Positions 49,549-64,000 of a stretch of DNA of 64,000 nt are shown in pieces. The DNA is from Takakia lepidozioides. Lineage: Eukaryota; Plantae; Bryophyta. The notes under the pieces were generated by a model. That model saw only the letters and a program-made list of their open reading frames with translations, made no database searches and was not told where the DNA came from. How positions within the stretch are numbered: the stretch's first letter is position 1; the number at the start of each line of letters is the position of its first letter. The DNA is taken from contig CM060731.1 of NCBI GenBank assembly GCA_030704615.1, positions 42,346,001 to 42,410,000 of the forward strand, read 5' to 3'. The position numbers were made by a program, and so were the translations under genes.

Positions 49549-52500
49549 ATATCTGCCTTAAACAAGTTAAAACAGTAAAACCAGATCTGTTTCAGACTCA
49601 AAGGGTGGTTCCAAAGGCATAGCTTGGCAACCTTAAAACAGATGTTATGTAATCTGAAAAGCCCGTCATGCCAGGTGCTTGGCCTGTTTTAAACTCAACG
49701 CTTAATTTCAAAGATGCTGCTTGGTACACCTAAAGCAGCCAGTATGTAGTCTGAAAAGCCATCGAGCCAAAACAGCTTAGACATTCTGTTCTAAATTCAG
49801 AACGTAGTTCCAAAGACCTGCTTGATAAATCAGACCAGACAGCCTGTAATTTGCTCAAAGGGTGGTTCCAAAGGCATTGCTTGGCAACCTTAAAACAGAT
49901 GTTATGTAATCTGAAAAGCCCATCATGCCAACAGCTTGGTAATCTCTAAGTTAGAGCAGTGTAGTCATGACTGTTTTAGTCTTAGAACTCTAACCTCAAT
50001 GTCCAAGAAGTACTACTTACCATGTTAAAACAACATAAGAAGGCCTGTTTTAAGCATCACTGGATAGCTTTAGGTCTGGAGATGTTACTCCAGCACCATA
50101 TCAATATGATGCCAAAGTTCATACTGGTATCATGCTAGAAAAACCGACTTATAATCAGGTTGAAAACCCCCGAGTCTTAATAGAACGTCTGTATTCTATA
50201 AAGCTCAGCACATTGCCATATTGTTCAACAGAAGCAGTTGGTTGCAATCATAAAAAAACAAAAACAAATCGTATCGGATGCCCCGCTGAAGCAGTATTCA
50301 GCGTCAATCGTCACCATCGCCAAGTCTTTTGATCATCTGCAAACTGAAAGATACATATTAAGTGAAGGCCCTCACCTGTGCCCGTCCCCAAAACCACCAC
50401 ATCAAAGATGGGTGTTAGTGAGGATGCACCAAGTGAGTAGCAGGTCTTCACAGTTGCTATCCATGTCCAACATGCATTCTACAGTGAGCAAATTGATCAA
50501 AAGAAGAACAAAGATGCGACACCACTAAGAACCTTAATCGTTTGTGGAGTGGGACGCTGCGGCGTTCAACATCTGAATCTCAAGAGATCACAATAGAATG
50601 CAACAAAATGGGAGACTCGAGGAAAATTGCATCTTTACAAAGTGCAACTTAACTTCCTCCGTCTCCTTAAGAGCGCCGCTGCTTCATGAATGCGAAAGAT
50701 TGCAGGCAAACACAGCAGTAGGTCGTTTGCCAGCACGGGAAATGGAAGTACCTGCCGCCATCGCGCATTAAAAAAACAAAGCGCGCGCAGATCGTGCTGC
50801 TCGAGCACTCAGCCGCCATCGCCCTCCACCAGAGAAAACAAGCACGAGTATCGTGCTGTGCTTAGGGCAGAGAGACGGTTAGGCAAACCATCCCGCGATT
50901 TCATCCACTGGGAATGAAATTTTGCACTTTCATTAAGGTTACATCCTCTTAGGCTTACATCCGTTATGGTTACATCGAGGAAGGATGTAATGGATGAAAA
51001 ATTGCAGGCTACATCCTCGGTGGTAAAGTTCAAGACAATAAATTTCCAAAAGATAGGCTTAGGAAAAAAATTGTTAATCCCGAACAGATAATTGGAGAGA
51101 GGGAGAGGGGGGGCACCCACCATCCAACCCCTGGTATGGCAGTCCCTTATGGAGTGAGTTTGGTATGCACTCACCCCGTAAGGGAGTGCGCATACCAGAC
51201 CCATTCTCATAAGGCTCTCCCTCTACAATGTAGTTCTATCCTTGGACTTGAATACCAAATGGATAAAAGGCCTGCATTCTCTCTGCTCTCAGATTACGAG
51301 TGAACATTGGCACAACATAATTCAAACTTGGCAAGAGTTCAGAAATTACAGGTGTTCTTCAACCAATGGCAGCAGACTACTGCACATCTTCCCACCATAT
51401 CAGCCAACTTTTTGGTTAGAACCAATTTACCCAAAGGTATGAATAAGAACTTGTGTTCTTCAGCCACTGGCAGTAGTCTACTGCCCCTGATTCAAACAAG
51501 CCATCTTCCAGCAACATAGTAAGATTGGGTACTTTTTTTTGGTGCTACAAAGAGCAAAGCCATAACCAGGAGAAACATGGAAGCACTTGAGCCAAGGACA
51601 CGGAAGTCACTCGTATCGTAAGGTATCTAAAACTGACATAAGGCATCGGCTACAGGAGACCAGCTAACAAGAGTAATGTGCATTGACCGGATCATGTATA
51701 AGGTGTACAGTACATATACTCTAGCAGGCTGTCTTACCAGGGCCTAGCTCATAATATCATCATTCAGAAGTCATTTAGATGCTCTATGTTTATTTCAGGT
51801 ACCATCGAGGATGCCTTACTCTCCATGCCCAATCAACCAACATATTTTTGCTGGAGAGGATCATACCTTATGAGGGATTTGTTGCTCCATATTATTGTTA
51901 TGGAGGTATAGGGGGCTGATACCCCATGGCTTTGCCAGACCTCTGCAAAAGCCATTAAAGGTGTTAGAACATCAAAGTAAGAAGACTGGAAAATGACAAG
52001 TGAGAGGTAGATAGTGTGTACAGAAACCACCTAGTACACTGGGCAAAAAACAGAGGGAAGATAAATATGTCTTGTCAAGGCACAGACAAGACAAGTGCTG
52101 TCGTTGTCAAATCAAGACATATCAGCCTCATGACGAGGCACTATCTAACTTCACCTCGCATAGACAGTATCTTACTTGATAGAAACTCATGTCATCTTCC
52201 TGGAAGTACATGAAAAGTTAGGGTGGGAGGGTGGGATTTCCAAGACAACCATCACCCTGGATTCAGATCAGAGCAGGAGTGCTAGATTGAGCATAATCAG
52301 AACTTTATGGTCAACACCAGCTCAGAGGGTATTCCAAAAAGCCCAGTTTGAAAAATTAAACCAGACATTATGTATTTTGAAAAAGCCAGACCAGCCCACT
52401 GCTTGGTATTTTTCCAAGTCAAAACAGTGTGCAAAGGTCTTGCTTTCAAATCACCGGGTATGTCCAAAAGTACTACTTGGTACTTTTCAAACTTATAATA

Positions 52501-55500
52501 GCGTAACCAGGCCTGTTTTAAACTCAATGGTTAATTCCAAAGATACTGCTTGGTACACCTAAAGCAGCCATTATGTAATCTGAAAAGCCATCAAGCCAAA
52601 ACAGCTTAGACAGTTTTGTTTTAAACTCAGAGAGTAGTTCCAAAAACCTGCTTCATAACTCAGACCAGACGGTGGTAATTTGGCAAAGCCCTTCAATACA
52701 TCTGCTTGGTATTCTTCAAGCTAAAACAGTATGAATATATCTGCCTTAAACAAGTTAAAACAGTAAAACCAGATCTGTTTCAGACTCAAAGGGTGGTTCC
52801 AAAGGCATAGCTTGGCAACCTTAAAACAGATGTTATGTAATCTGAAAAGCCCGTCATGCCAGGTGCTTGGCCTGTTTTAAACTCAACGCTTAATTTCAAA
52901 GATGCTGCTTGGTACACCTAAAGCAGCCAGTATGTAGTCTGAAAAGCCATCGAGCCAAAACAGCTTAGACATTCTGTTCTAAATTCAGAACGTAGTTCCA
53001 AAGACCTGCTTGATAAATCAGACCAGACAGCCTGTAATTTGCTCAAAGGGTGGTTCCAAAGGCATTGCTTGGCAACCTTAAAACAGATGTTATGTAATCT
53101 GAAAAGCCCATCATGCCAACAGCTTGGTAATCTCTAAGTTAGAGCAGTGTAGTCATGACTGTTTTAGTCTTAGAACTCTAACCTCAATGTCCAAGAAGTA
53201 CTACTTACCATGTTAAAACAACATAAGAAGGCCTGTTTTAAGCATCACTGGATAGCTTTAGGTCTGGAGATGTTACTCCAGCACCATATCAATATGATGC
53301 CAAAGTTCATACTGGTATCATGCTAGAAAAACCGACTTATAATCAGGTTGAAAACCCCCGAGTCTTAATAGAACGTCTGTATTCTATAAAGCTCAGCACA
53401 TTGCCATATTGTTCAACAGAAGCAGTTGGTTGCAATCATAAAAAAACAAAAACAAATCGTATCGGATGCCCCGCTGAAGCAGTATTCAGCGTCAATCGTC
53501 ACCATCGCCAAGTCTTTTGATCATCTGCAAACTGAAAGATACATATTAAGTGAAGGCCCTCACCTGTGCCCGTCCCCAAAACCACCACATCAAAGATGGG
53601 TGTTAGTGAGGATGCACCAAGTGAGTAGCAGGTCTTCACAGTTGCTATCCATGTCCAACATGCATTCTACAGTGAGCAAATTGATCAAAAGAAGAACAAA
53701 GATGCGACACCACTAAGAACCTTAATCGTTTGTGGAGTGGGACGCTGCGGCGTTCAACATCTGAATCTCAAGAGATCACAATAGAATGCAACAAAATGGG
53801 AGACTCGAGGAAAATTGCATCTTTACAAAGTGCAACTTAACTTCCTCCGTCTCCTTAAGAGCGCCGCTGCTTCATGAATGCGAAAGATTGCAGGCAAACA
53901 CAGCAGTAGGTCGTTTGCCAGCACGGGAAATGGAAGTACCTGCCGCCATCGCGCATTAAAAAAACAAAGCGCGCGCAGATCGTGCTGCTCGAGCACTCAG
54001 CCGCCATCGCCCTCCACCAGAGAAAACAAGCACGAGTATCGTGCTGTGCTTAGGGCAGAGAGACGGTTAGGCAAACCATCCCGCGATTTCATCCACTGGG
54101 AATGAAATTTTGCACTTTCATTAAGGTTACATCCTCTTAGGCTTACATCCGTTATGGTTACATCGAGGAAGGATGTAATGGATGAAAAATTGCAGGCTAC
54201 ATCCTCGGTGGTAAAGTTCAAGACATAAGGAAAAAAATTGTTAATCCCGAACAGATAATTGGAGAGAGGGAGAGGGGGGGCACCCACCATCCAACCCCTG
54301 GTATGGCAGTCCCTTATGGAGTGAGTTTGGTATGCACTCACCCCGTAAGGGAGTGCGCATACCAGACCCATTCTCATAAGGCTCTCCCTCTACAATGTAG
54401 TTCTATCCTTGGACTTGAATACCAAATGGATAAAAGGCCTGCATTCTCTCTGCTCTCAGATTACGAGTGAACATTGGCACAACATAATTCAAACTTGGCA
54501 AGAGTTCAGAAATTACAGGTGTTCTTCAACCAATGGCAGCAGACTACTGCACATCTTCCCACCATATCAGCCAACTTTTTGGTTAGAACCAATTTACCCA
54601 AAGGTATGAATAAGAACTTGTGTTCTTCAGCCACTGGCAGTAGTCTACTGCCCCTGATTCAAACAAGCCATCTTCCAGCAACATAGTAAGATTGGGTACT
54701 TTTTTTTGGTGCTACAAAGAGCAAAGCCATAACCAGGAGAAACATGGAAGCACTTGAGCCAAGGACACGGAAGTCACTCGTATCGTAAGGTATCTAAAAC
54801 TGACATAAGGCATCGGCTACAGGAGACCAGCTAACAAGAGTAATGTGCATTGACCGGATCATGTATAAGGTGTACAGTACATATACTCTAGCAGGCTGTC
54901 TTACCAGGGCCTAGCTCATAATATCATCATTCAGAAGTCATTTAGATGCTCTATGTTTATTTCAGGTACCATCGAGGATGCCTTACTCTCCATGCCCAAT
55001 CAACCAACATATTTTTGCTGGAGAGGATCATACCTTATGAGGGATTTGTTGCTCCATATTATTGTTATGGAGGTATAGGGGGCTGATACCCCATGGCTTT
55101 GCCAGACCTCTGCAAAAGCCATTAAAGGTGTTAGAACATCAAAGTAAGAAGACTGGAAAATGACAAGTGAGAGGTAGATAGTGTGTACAGAAACCACCTA
55201 GTACACTGGGCAAAAAACAGAGGGAAGATAAATATGTCTTGTCAAGGCACAGACAAGACAAGTGCTGTCGTTGTCAAATCAAGACATATCAGCCTCATGA
55301 CGAGGCACTATCTAACTTCACCTCGCATAGACAGTATCTTACTTGATAGAAACTCATGTCATCTTCCTGGAAGTACATGAAAAGTTAGGGTGGGAGGGTG
55401 GGATTTCCAAGACAACCATCACCCTGGATTCAGATCAGAGCAGGAGTGCTAGATTGAGCATAATCAGAACTTTATGGTCAACACCAGCTCAGAGGGTATT

Positions 55501-58500
55501 CCAAAAAGCCCAGTTTGAAAAATTAAACCAGACATTATGTATTTTGAAAAAGCCAGACCAGCCCACTGCTTGGTATTTTTCCAAGTCAAAACAGTGTGCA
55601 AAGGTCTTGCTTTCAAATCACGGGTATGTCCAAAAGTACTACTTGGTACTTTTCAAACTTATAATAGCGTAACCAGGCCTGTTTTAAACTCAATGGTTAA
55701 TTCCAAAGATACTGCTTGGTACACCTAAAGCAGCCATTATGTAATCTGAAAAGCCATCAAGCCAAAACAGCTTAGACAGTTTTGTTTTAAACTCAGAGAG
55801 TAGTTCCAAAAACCTGCTTCATAACTCAGACCAGACGGTGGTAATTTGGCAAAGCCCTTCAATACATCTGCTTGGTATTCTTCAAGCTAAAACAGTATGA
55901 ATATATCTGCCTTAAACAAGTTAAAACAGTAAAACCAGATCTGTTTCAGACTCAAAGGGTGGTTCCAAAGGCATAGCTTGGCAACCTTAAAACAGATGTT
56001 ATGTAATCTGAAAAGCCCGTCATGCCAGGTGCTTGGCCTGTTTTAAACTCAACGCTTAATTTCAAAGATGCTGCTTGGTACACCTAAAGCAGCCAGTATG
56101 TAGTCTGAAAAGCCATCGAGCCAAAACAGCTTAGACATTCTGTTCTAAATTCAGAACGTAGTTCCAAAGACCTGCTTGATAAATCAGACCAGACAGCCTG
56201 TAATTTGCTCAAAGGGTGGTTCCAAAGGCATTGCTTGGCAACCTTAAAACAGATGTTATGTAATCTGAAAAGCCCATCATGCCAACAGCTTGGTAATCTC
56301 TAAGTTAGAGCAGTGTAGTCATGACTGTTTTAGTCTTAGAACTCTAACCTCAATGTCCAAAAAGTACTACTTACCATGTTAAAACAACATAAGAAGGCCT
56401 GTTTTAAGCATCACTGGATAGCTTTAGGTCTGGAGATGTTACTCCAGCACCATATCAATATGATGCCAAAGTTCATACTGGTATCATGCTAGAAAAACCG
56501 ACTTATAATCAGGTTGAAAACCCCCGAGTCTTAATAGAACGTCTGTATTCTATAAAGCTCAGCACATTGCCATATTGTTCAACAGAAGCAGTTGGTTGCA
56601 ATCATAAAAAAACAAAAACAAATCGTATCGGATGCCCCGCTGAAGCAGTATTCAGCGTCAATCGTCACCATCGCCAAGTCTTTTGATCATCTGCAAACTG
56701 AAAGATACATATTAAGTGAAGGCCCTCACCTGTGCCCGTCCCCAAAACCACCACATCAAAGATGGGTGTTAGTGAGGATGCACCAAGTGAGTAGCAGGTC
56801 TTCACAGTTGCTATCCATGTCCAACATGCATTCTACAGTGAGCAAATTGATCAAAAGAAGAACAAAGATGCGACACCACTAAGAACCTTAATCGTTTGTG
56901 GAGTGGGACGCTGCGGCGTTCAACATCTGAATCTCAAGAGATCACAATAGAATGCAACAAAATGGGAGACTCGAGGAAAATTGCATCTTTACAAAGTGCA
57001 ACTTAACTTCCTCCGTCTCCTTAAGAGCGCCGCTGCTTCATGAATGCGAAAGATTGCAGGCAAACACAGCAGTAGGTCGTTTGCCAGCACGGGAAATGGA
57101 AGTACCTGCCGCCATCGCGCATTAAAAAAACAAAGCGCGCGCAGATCGTGCTGCTCGAGCACTCAGCCGCCATCGCCCTCCACCAGAGAAAACAAGCACG
57201 AGTATCGTGCTGTGCTTAGGGCAGAGAGACGGTTAGGCAAACCATCCCGCGATTTCATCCACTGGGAATGAAATTTTGCACTTTCATTAAGGTTACATCC
57301 TCTTAGGCTTACATCCGTTATGGTTACATCGAGGAAGGATGTAATGGATGAAAAATTGCAGGCTACATCCTCGGTGGTAAAGTTCAAGACAATAAATTTC
57401 CAAACCAGATAGGCTTAGGAAAAAAATTGTTAATCCCGAACAGATAATTGGAGAGAGGGAGAGGGGGGGCACCCACCATCCAACCCCTGGTATGGCAGTC
57501 CCTTATGGAGTGAGTTTGGTATGCACTCACCCCGTAAGGGAGTGCGCATACCAGACCCATTCTCATAAGGCTCTCCCTCTACAATGTAGTTCTATCCTTG
57601 GACTTGAATACCAAATGGATAAAAGGCCTGCATTCTCTCTGCTCTCAGATTACGAGTGAACATTGGCACAACATAATTCAAACTTGGCAAGAGTTCAGAA
57701 ATTACAGGTGTTCTTCAACCAATGGCAGCAGACTACTGCACATCTTCCCACCATATCAGCCAACTTTTTGGTTAGAACCAATTTACCCAAAGGTATGAAT
57801 AAGAACTTGTGTTCTTCAGCCACTGGCAGTAGTCTACTGCCCCTGATTCAAACAAGCCATCTTCCAGCAACATAGTAAGATTGGGTACTTTTTTTTGGTG
57901 CTACAAAGAGCAAAGCCATAACCAGGAGAAACATGGAAGCACTTGAGCCAAGGACACGGAAGTCACTCGTATCGTAAGGTATCTAAAACTGACATAAGGC
58001 ATCGGCTACAGGAGACCAGCTAACAAGAGTAATGTGCATTGACCGGATCATGTATAAGGTGTACAGTACATATACTCTAGCAGGCTGTCTTACCAGGGCC
58101 TAGCTCATAATATCATCATTCAGAAGTCATTTAGATGCTCTATGTTTATTTCAGGTACCATCGAGGATGCCTTACTCTCCATGCCCAATCAACCAACATA
58201 TTTTTGCTGGAGAGGATCATACCTTATGAGGGATTTGTTGCTCCATATTATTGTTATGGAGGTATAGGGGGCTGATACCCCATGGCTTTGCCAGACCTCT
58301 GCAAAAGCCATTAAAGGTGTTAGAACATCAAAGTAAGAAGACTGGAAAATGACAAGTGAGAGGTAGATAGTGTGTACAGAAACCACCTAGTACACTGGGC
58401 AAAAAACAGAGGGAAGATAAATATGTCTTGTCAAGGCACAGACAAGACAAGTGCTGTCGTTGTCAAATCAAGACATATCAGCCTCATGACGAGGCACTAT

Positions 58501-61500
58501 CTAACTTCACCTCGCATAGACAGTATCTTACTTGATAGAAACTCATGTCATCTTCCTGGAAGTACATGAAAAGTTAGGGTGGGAGGGTGGGATTTCCAAG
58601 ACAACCATCACCCTGGATTCAGATCAGAGCAGGAGTGCTAGATTGAGCATAATCAGAACTTTATGGTCAACACCAGCTCAGAGGGTATTCCAAAAAGCCC
58701 AGTTTGAAAAATTAAACCAGACATTATGTATTTTGAAAAAGCCAGACCAGCCCACTGCTTGGTATTTTTCCAAGTCAAAACAGTGTGCAAAGGTCTTGCT
58801 TTCAAATCACTGGGTATGTCCAAAAGTACTACTTGGTACTTTTCAAACTTATAATAGCGTAACCAGGCCTGTTTTAAACTCAATGGTTAATTCCAAAGAT
58901 ACTGCTTGGTACACCTAAAGCAGCCATTATGTAATCTGAAAAGCCATCAAGCCAAAACAGCTTAGACAGTTTTGTTTTAAACTCAGAGAGTAGTTCCAAA
59001 AACCTGCTTCATAACTCAGACCAGACGGTGGTAATTTGGCAAAGCCCTTCAATACATCTGCTTGGTATTCTTCAAGCTAAAACAATATGAATATATCTGC
59101 CTTAAACAAGTTAAAACAGTAAAACCAGATCTGTTTCAGACTCAAAGGGTGGTTCCAAAGGCATAGCTTGGCAACCTTAAAACAGATGTTATGTAATCTG
59201 AAAAGCCCGTCATGCCAGGTGCTTGGCCTGTTTTAAACTCAACGCTTAATTTCAAAGATGCTGCTTGGTACACCTAAAGCAGCCAGTATGTAGTCTGAAA
59301 AGCCATCGAGCCAAAACAGCTTAGACATTCTGTTCTAAATTCAGAACGTAGTTCCAAAGACCTGCTTGATAAATCAGACCAGACAGCCTGTAATTTGCTC
59401 AAAGGGTGGTTCCAAAGGCATTGCTTGGCAACCTTAAAACAGATGTTATGTAATCTGAAAAGCCCATCATGCCAACAGCTTGGTAATCTCTAAGTTAGAG
59501 CAGTGTAGTCATGACTGTTTTAGTCTTAGAACTCTAACCTCAATGTCCAAAAAGTACTACTTACCATGTTAAAACAACATAAGAAGGCCTGTTTTAAGCA
59601 TCACTGGATAGCTTTAGGTCTGGAGATGTTACTCCAGCACCATATCAATATGATGCCAAAGTTCATACTGGTATCATGCTAGAAAAACCGACTTATAATC
59701 AGGTTGAAAACCCCCGAGTCTTAATAGAACGTCTGTATTCTATAAAGCTCAGCACATTGCCATATTGTTCAACAGAAGCAGTTGGTTGCAATCATAAAAA
59801 AACAAAAACAAATCGTATCGGATGCCCCGCTGAAGCAGTATTCAGCGTCAATCGTCACCATCGCCAAGTCTTTTGATCATCTGCAAACTGAAAGATACAT
59901 ATTAAGTGAAGGCCCTCACCTGTGCCCGTCCCCAAAACCACCACATCAAAGATGGGTGTTAGTGAGGATGCACCAAGTGAGTAGCAGGTCTTCACAGTTG
60001 CTATCCATGTCCAACATGCATTCTACAGTGAGCAAATTGATCAAAAGAAGAACAAAGATGCGACACCACTAAGAACCTTAATCGTTTGTGGAGTGGGACG
60101 CTGCGGCGTTCAACATCTGAATCTCAAGAGATCACAATAGAATGCAACAAAATGGGAGACTCGAGGAAAATTGCATCTTTACAAAGTGCAACTTAACTTC
60201 CTCCGTCTCCTTAAGAGCGCCGCTGCTTCATGAATGCGAAAGATTGCAGGCAAACACAGCAGTAGGTCGTTTGCCAGCACGGGAAATGGAAGTACCTGCC
60301 GCCATCGCGCATTAAAAAAACAAAGCGCGCGCAGATCGTGCTGCTCGAGCACTCAGCCGCCATCGCCCTCCACCAGAGAAAACAAGCACGAGTATCGTGC
60401 TGTGCTTAGGGCAGAGAGACGGTTAGGCAAACCATCCCGCGATTTCATCCACTGGGAATGAAATTTTGCACTTTCATTAAGGTTACATCCTCTTAGGCTT
60501 ACATCCGTTATGGTTACATCGAGGAAGGATGTAATGGATGAAAAATTGCAGGCTACATCCTCGGTGGTAAAGTTCAAGACAATAAATTTCCAAACCAGAT
60601 AGGCTTAGGAAAAAAATTGTTAATCCCGAACAGATAATTGGAGAGAGGGAGAGGGGGGGCACCCACCATCCAACCCCTGGTATGGCAGTCCCTTATGGAG
60701 TGAGTTTGGTATGCACTCACCCCGTAAGGGAGTGCGCATACCAGACCCATTCTCATAAGGCTCTCCCTCTACAATGTAGTTCTATCCTTGGACTTGAATA
60801 CCAAATGGATAAAAGGCCTGCATTCTCTCTGCTCTCAGATTACGAGTGAACATTGGCACAACATAATTCAAACTTGGCAAGAGTTCAGAAATTACAGGTG
60901 TTCTTCAACCAATGGCAGCAGACTACTGCACATCTTCCCACCATATCAGCCAACTTTTTGGTTAGAACCAATTTACCCAAAGGTATGAATAAGAACTTGT
61001 GTTCTTCAGCCACTGGCAGTAGTCTACTGCCCCTGATTCAAACAAGCCATCTTCCAGCAACATAGTAAGATTGGGTACTTTTTTTGGTGCTACAAAGAGC
61101 AAAGCCATAACCAGGAGAAACATGGAAGCACTTGAGCCAAGGACACGGAAGTCACTCGTATCGTAAGGTATCTAAAACTGACATAAGGCATCGGCTACAG
61201 GAGACCAGCTAACAAGAGTAATGTGCATTGACCGGATCATGTATAAGGTGTACAGTACATATACTCTAGCAGGCTGTCTTACCAGGGCCTAGCTCATAAT
61301 ATCATCATTCAGAAGTCATTTAGATGCTCTATGTTTATTTCAGGTACCATCGAGGATGCCTTACTCTCCATGCCCAATCAACCAACATATTTTTGCTGGA
61401 GAGGATCATACCTTATGAGGGATTTGTTGCTCCATATTATTGTTATGGAGGTATAGGGGGCTGATACCCCATGGCTTTGCCAGACCTCTGCAAAAGCCAT

Positions 61501-64000
61501 TAAAGGTGTTAGAACATCAAAGTAAGAAGACTGGAAAATGACAAGTGAGAGGTAGATAGTGTGTACAGAAACCACCTAGTACACTGGGCAAAAAACAGAG
61601 GGAAGATAAATATGTCTTGTCAAGGCACAGACAAGACAAGTGCTGTCGTTGTCAAATCAAGACATATCAGCCTCATGACGAGGCACTATCTAACTTCACC
61701 TCGCATAGACAGTATCTTACTTGATAGAAACTCATGTCATCTTCCTGGAAGTACATGAAAAGTTAGGGTGGGAGGGTGGGATTTCCAAGACAACCATCAC
61801 CCTGGATTCAGATCAGAGCAGGAGTGCTAGATTGAGCATAATCAGAACTTTATGGTCAACACCAGCTCAGAGGGTATTCCAAAAAGCCCAGTTTGAAAAA
61901 TTAAACCAGACATTATGTATTTTGAAAAAGCCAGACCAGCCCACTGCTTGGTATTTTTCCAAGTCAAAACAGTGTGCAAAGGTCTTGCTTTCAAATCACT
62001 GGGTATGTCCAAAAGTACTACTCGGTACTTTTCAAACTTATAATAGCGTAACCAGGCCTGTTTTAAACTCAATGGTTAATTCCAAAGATACTGCTTGGTA
62101 CACCTAAAGCAGCCATTATGTAATCTGAAAAGCCATCAAGCCAAAACAGCTTAGACAGTTTTGTTTTAAACTCAGAGAGTAGTTCCAAAAACCTGCTTCA
62201 TAACTCAGACCAGACGGTGGTAATTTGGCAAAGCCCTTCAATACATCTGCTTGGTATTCTTCAAGCTAAAACAGTATGAATATATCTGCCTTAAACAAGT
62301 TAAAACAGTAAAACCAGATCTGTTTCAGACTCAAAGGGTGGTTCCAAAGGCATAGCTTGGCAACCTTAAAACAGATGTTATGTAATCTGAAAAGCCCGTC
62401 ATGCCAGGTGCTTGGCCTGTTTTAAACTCAACGCTTAATTTCAAAGATGCTGCTTGGTACACCTAAAGCAGCCAGTATGTAGTCTGAAAAGCCATCGAGC
62501 CAAAACAGCTTAGACATTCTGTTCTAAATTCAGAACGTAGTTCCAAAGACCTGCTTGATAAATCAGACCAGACAGCCTGTAATTTGCTCAAAGGGTGGTT
62601 CCAAAGGCATTGCTTGGCAACCTTAAAACAGATGTTATGTAATCTGAAAAGCCCATCATGCCAACAGCTTGGTAATCTCTAAGTTAGAGCAGTGTAGTCA
62701 TGACTGTTTTAGTCTTAGAACTCTAACCTCAATGTCCAAGAAGTACTACTTACCATGTTAAAACAACATAAGAAGGCCTGTTTTAAGCATCACTGGATAG
62801 CTTTAGGTCTGGAGATGTTACTCCAGCACCATATCAATATGATGCCAAAGTTCATACTGGTATCATGCTAGAAAAACCGACTTATAATCAGGTTGAAAAC
62901 CCCCGAGTCTTAATAGAACGTCTGTATTCTATAAAGCTCAGCACATTGCCATATTGTTCAACAGAAGCAGTTGGTTGCAATCATAAAAAAACAAAAACAA
63001 ATCGTATCGGATGCCCCGCTGAAGCAGTATTCAGCGTCAATCGTCACCATCGCCAAGTCTTTTGATCATCTGCAAACTGAAAGATACATATTAAGTGAAG
63101 GCCCTCACCTGTGCCCGTCCCCAAAACCACCACATCAAAGATGGGTGTTAGTGAGGATGCACCAAGTGAGTAGCAGGTCTTCACAGTTGCTATCCATGTC
63201 CAACATGCATTCTACAGTGAGCAAATTGATCAAAAGAAGAACAAAGATGCGACACCACTAAGAACCTTAATCGTTTGTGGAGTGGGACGCTGCGGCGTTC
63301 AACATCTGAATCTCAAGAGATCACAATAGAATGCAACAAAATGGGAGACTCGAGGAAAATTGCATCTTTACAAAGTGCAACTTAACTTCCTCCGTCTCCT
63401 TAAGAGCGCCGCTGCTTCATGAATGCGAAAGATTGCAGGCAAACACAGCAGTAGGTCGTTTGCCAGCACGGGAAATGGAAGTACCTGCCGCCATCGCGCA
63501 TTAAAAAAACAAAGCGCGCGCAGATCGTGCTGCTCGAGCACTCAGCCGCCATCGCCCTCCACCAGAGAAAACAAGCACGAGTATCGTGCTGTGCTTAGGG
63601 CAGAGAGACGGTTAGGCAAACCATCCCGCGATTTCATCCACTGGGAATGAAATTTTGCACTTTCATTAAGGTTACATCCTCTTAGGCTTACATCCGTTAT
63701 GGTTACATCGAGGAAGGATGTAATGGATGAAAAATTGCAGGCTACATCCTCGGTGGTAAAGTTCAAGACAATAAGAAAAAAATTGTTAATCCCGAACAGA
63801 TAATTGGAGAGAGGGAGAGGGGGGGCACCCACCATCCAACCCCTGGTATGGCAGTCCCTTATGGAGTGAGTTTGGTATGCACTCACCCCGTAAGGGAGTG
63901 CGCATACCAGACCCATTCTCATAAGGCTCTCCCTCTACAATGTAGTTCTATCCTTGGACTTGAATACCAAATGGATAAAAGGCCTGCATTCTCTCTGCTC
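49549..64000. repeat. Tandem array of ~3.19-kb unit (about 4.5 copies, runs off the window)
   Basis: An identical ORF recurs at 50132, 53320, 56486, 59676 and 62865 (periods 3188, 3166, 3190, 3189). Confidence 0.98.

Noticed and set aside
49549-52736. rDNA/5S/snRNA array, or a spliced minus-strand gene in the tandem unit
   Set aside because: No rRNA signature recognised. A U6-like stretch near 50270-50290 is too short, one candidate intron is only ~40 nt, and the ORFs are uninformative.

Overview
Repeat-rich nuclear DNA, probably from a non-seed land plant (inferred from a PLS/E-DYW PPR gene, a plastid-type GNAT gene and short GT-AG introns). It has five parts. (1) 681-21231 is a TIR-bounded composite element carrying LINE debris and a PPR-DYW pseudogene. 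A ~15.4-kb Mutator-like element (2785-18233, 10-bp TSD) has inserted into that PPR gene. The MULE carries a DDE/SWIM transposase on the - strand and, divergently, an intron-containing gene that fuses a ParB/Srx-like N-terminal domain to a beta-class amino (N4C/N6A) DNA methyltransferase-like domain. Its non-coding regions hold dense arrays of a CG-centred palindrome. (2) 21470-27560 is a degenerate hAT element with its own hairpin arrays. (3) 27600-38370 holds gypsy remnants, a MITE and a second, diverged MTase-like paralogue. That paralogue is preceded by a different palindrome array at the equivalent position and is split by a host GNAT acetyltransferase gene. (4) After a 500-N gap, 38868-49539 is an inverted near-identical copy of the window start with a 4.5-kb deletion. 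(5) 49549-64000 is about 4.5 tandem copies of a ~3.19-kb unit. The top candidate for a new system is a transposon-borne ParB-MTase-like accessory protein paired with element-specific palindrome arrays. All copies here carry stops or frameshifts, and the domain calls rest on motif recognition by eye, not on database searches.
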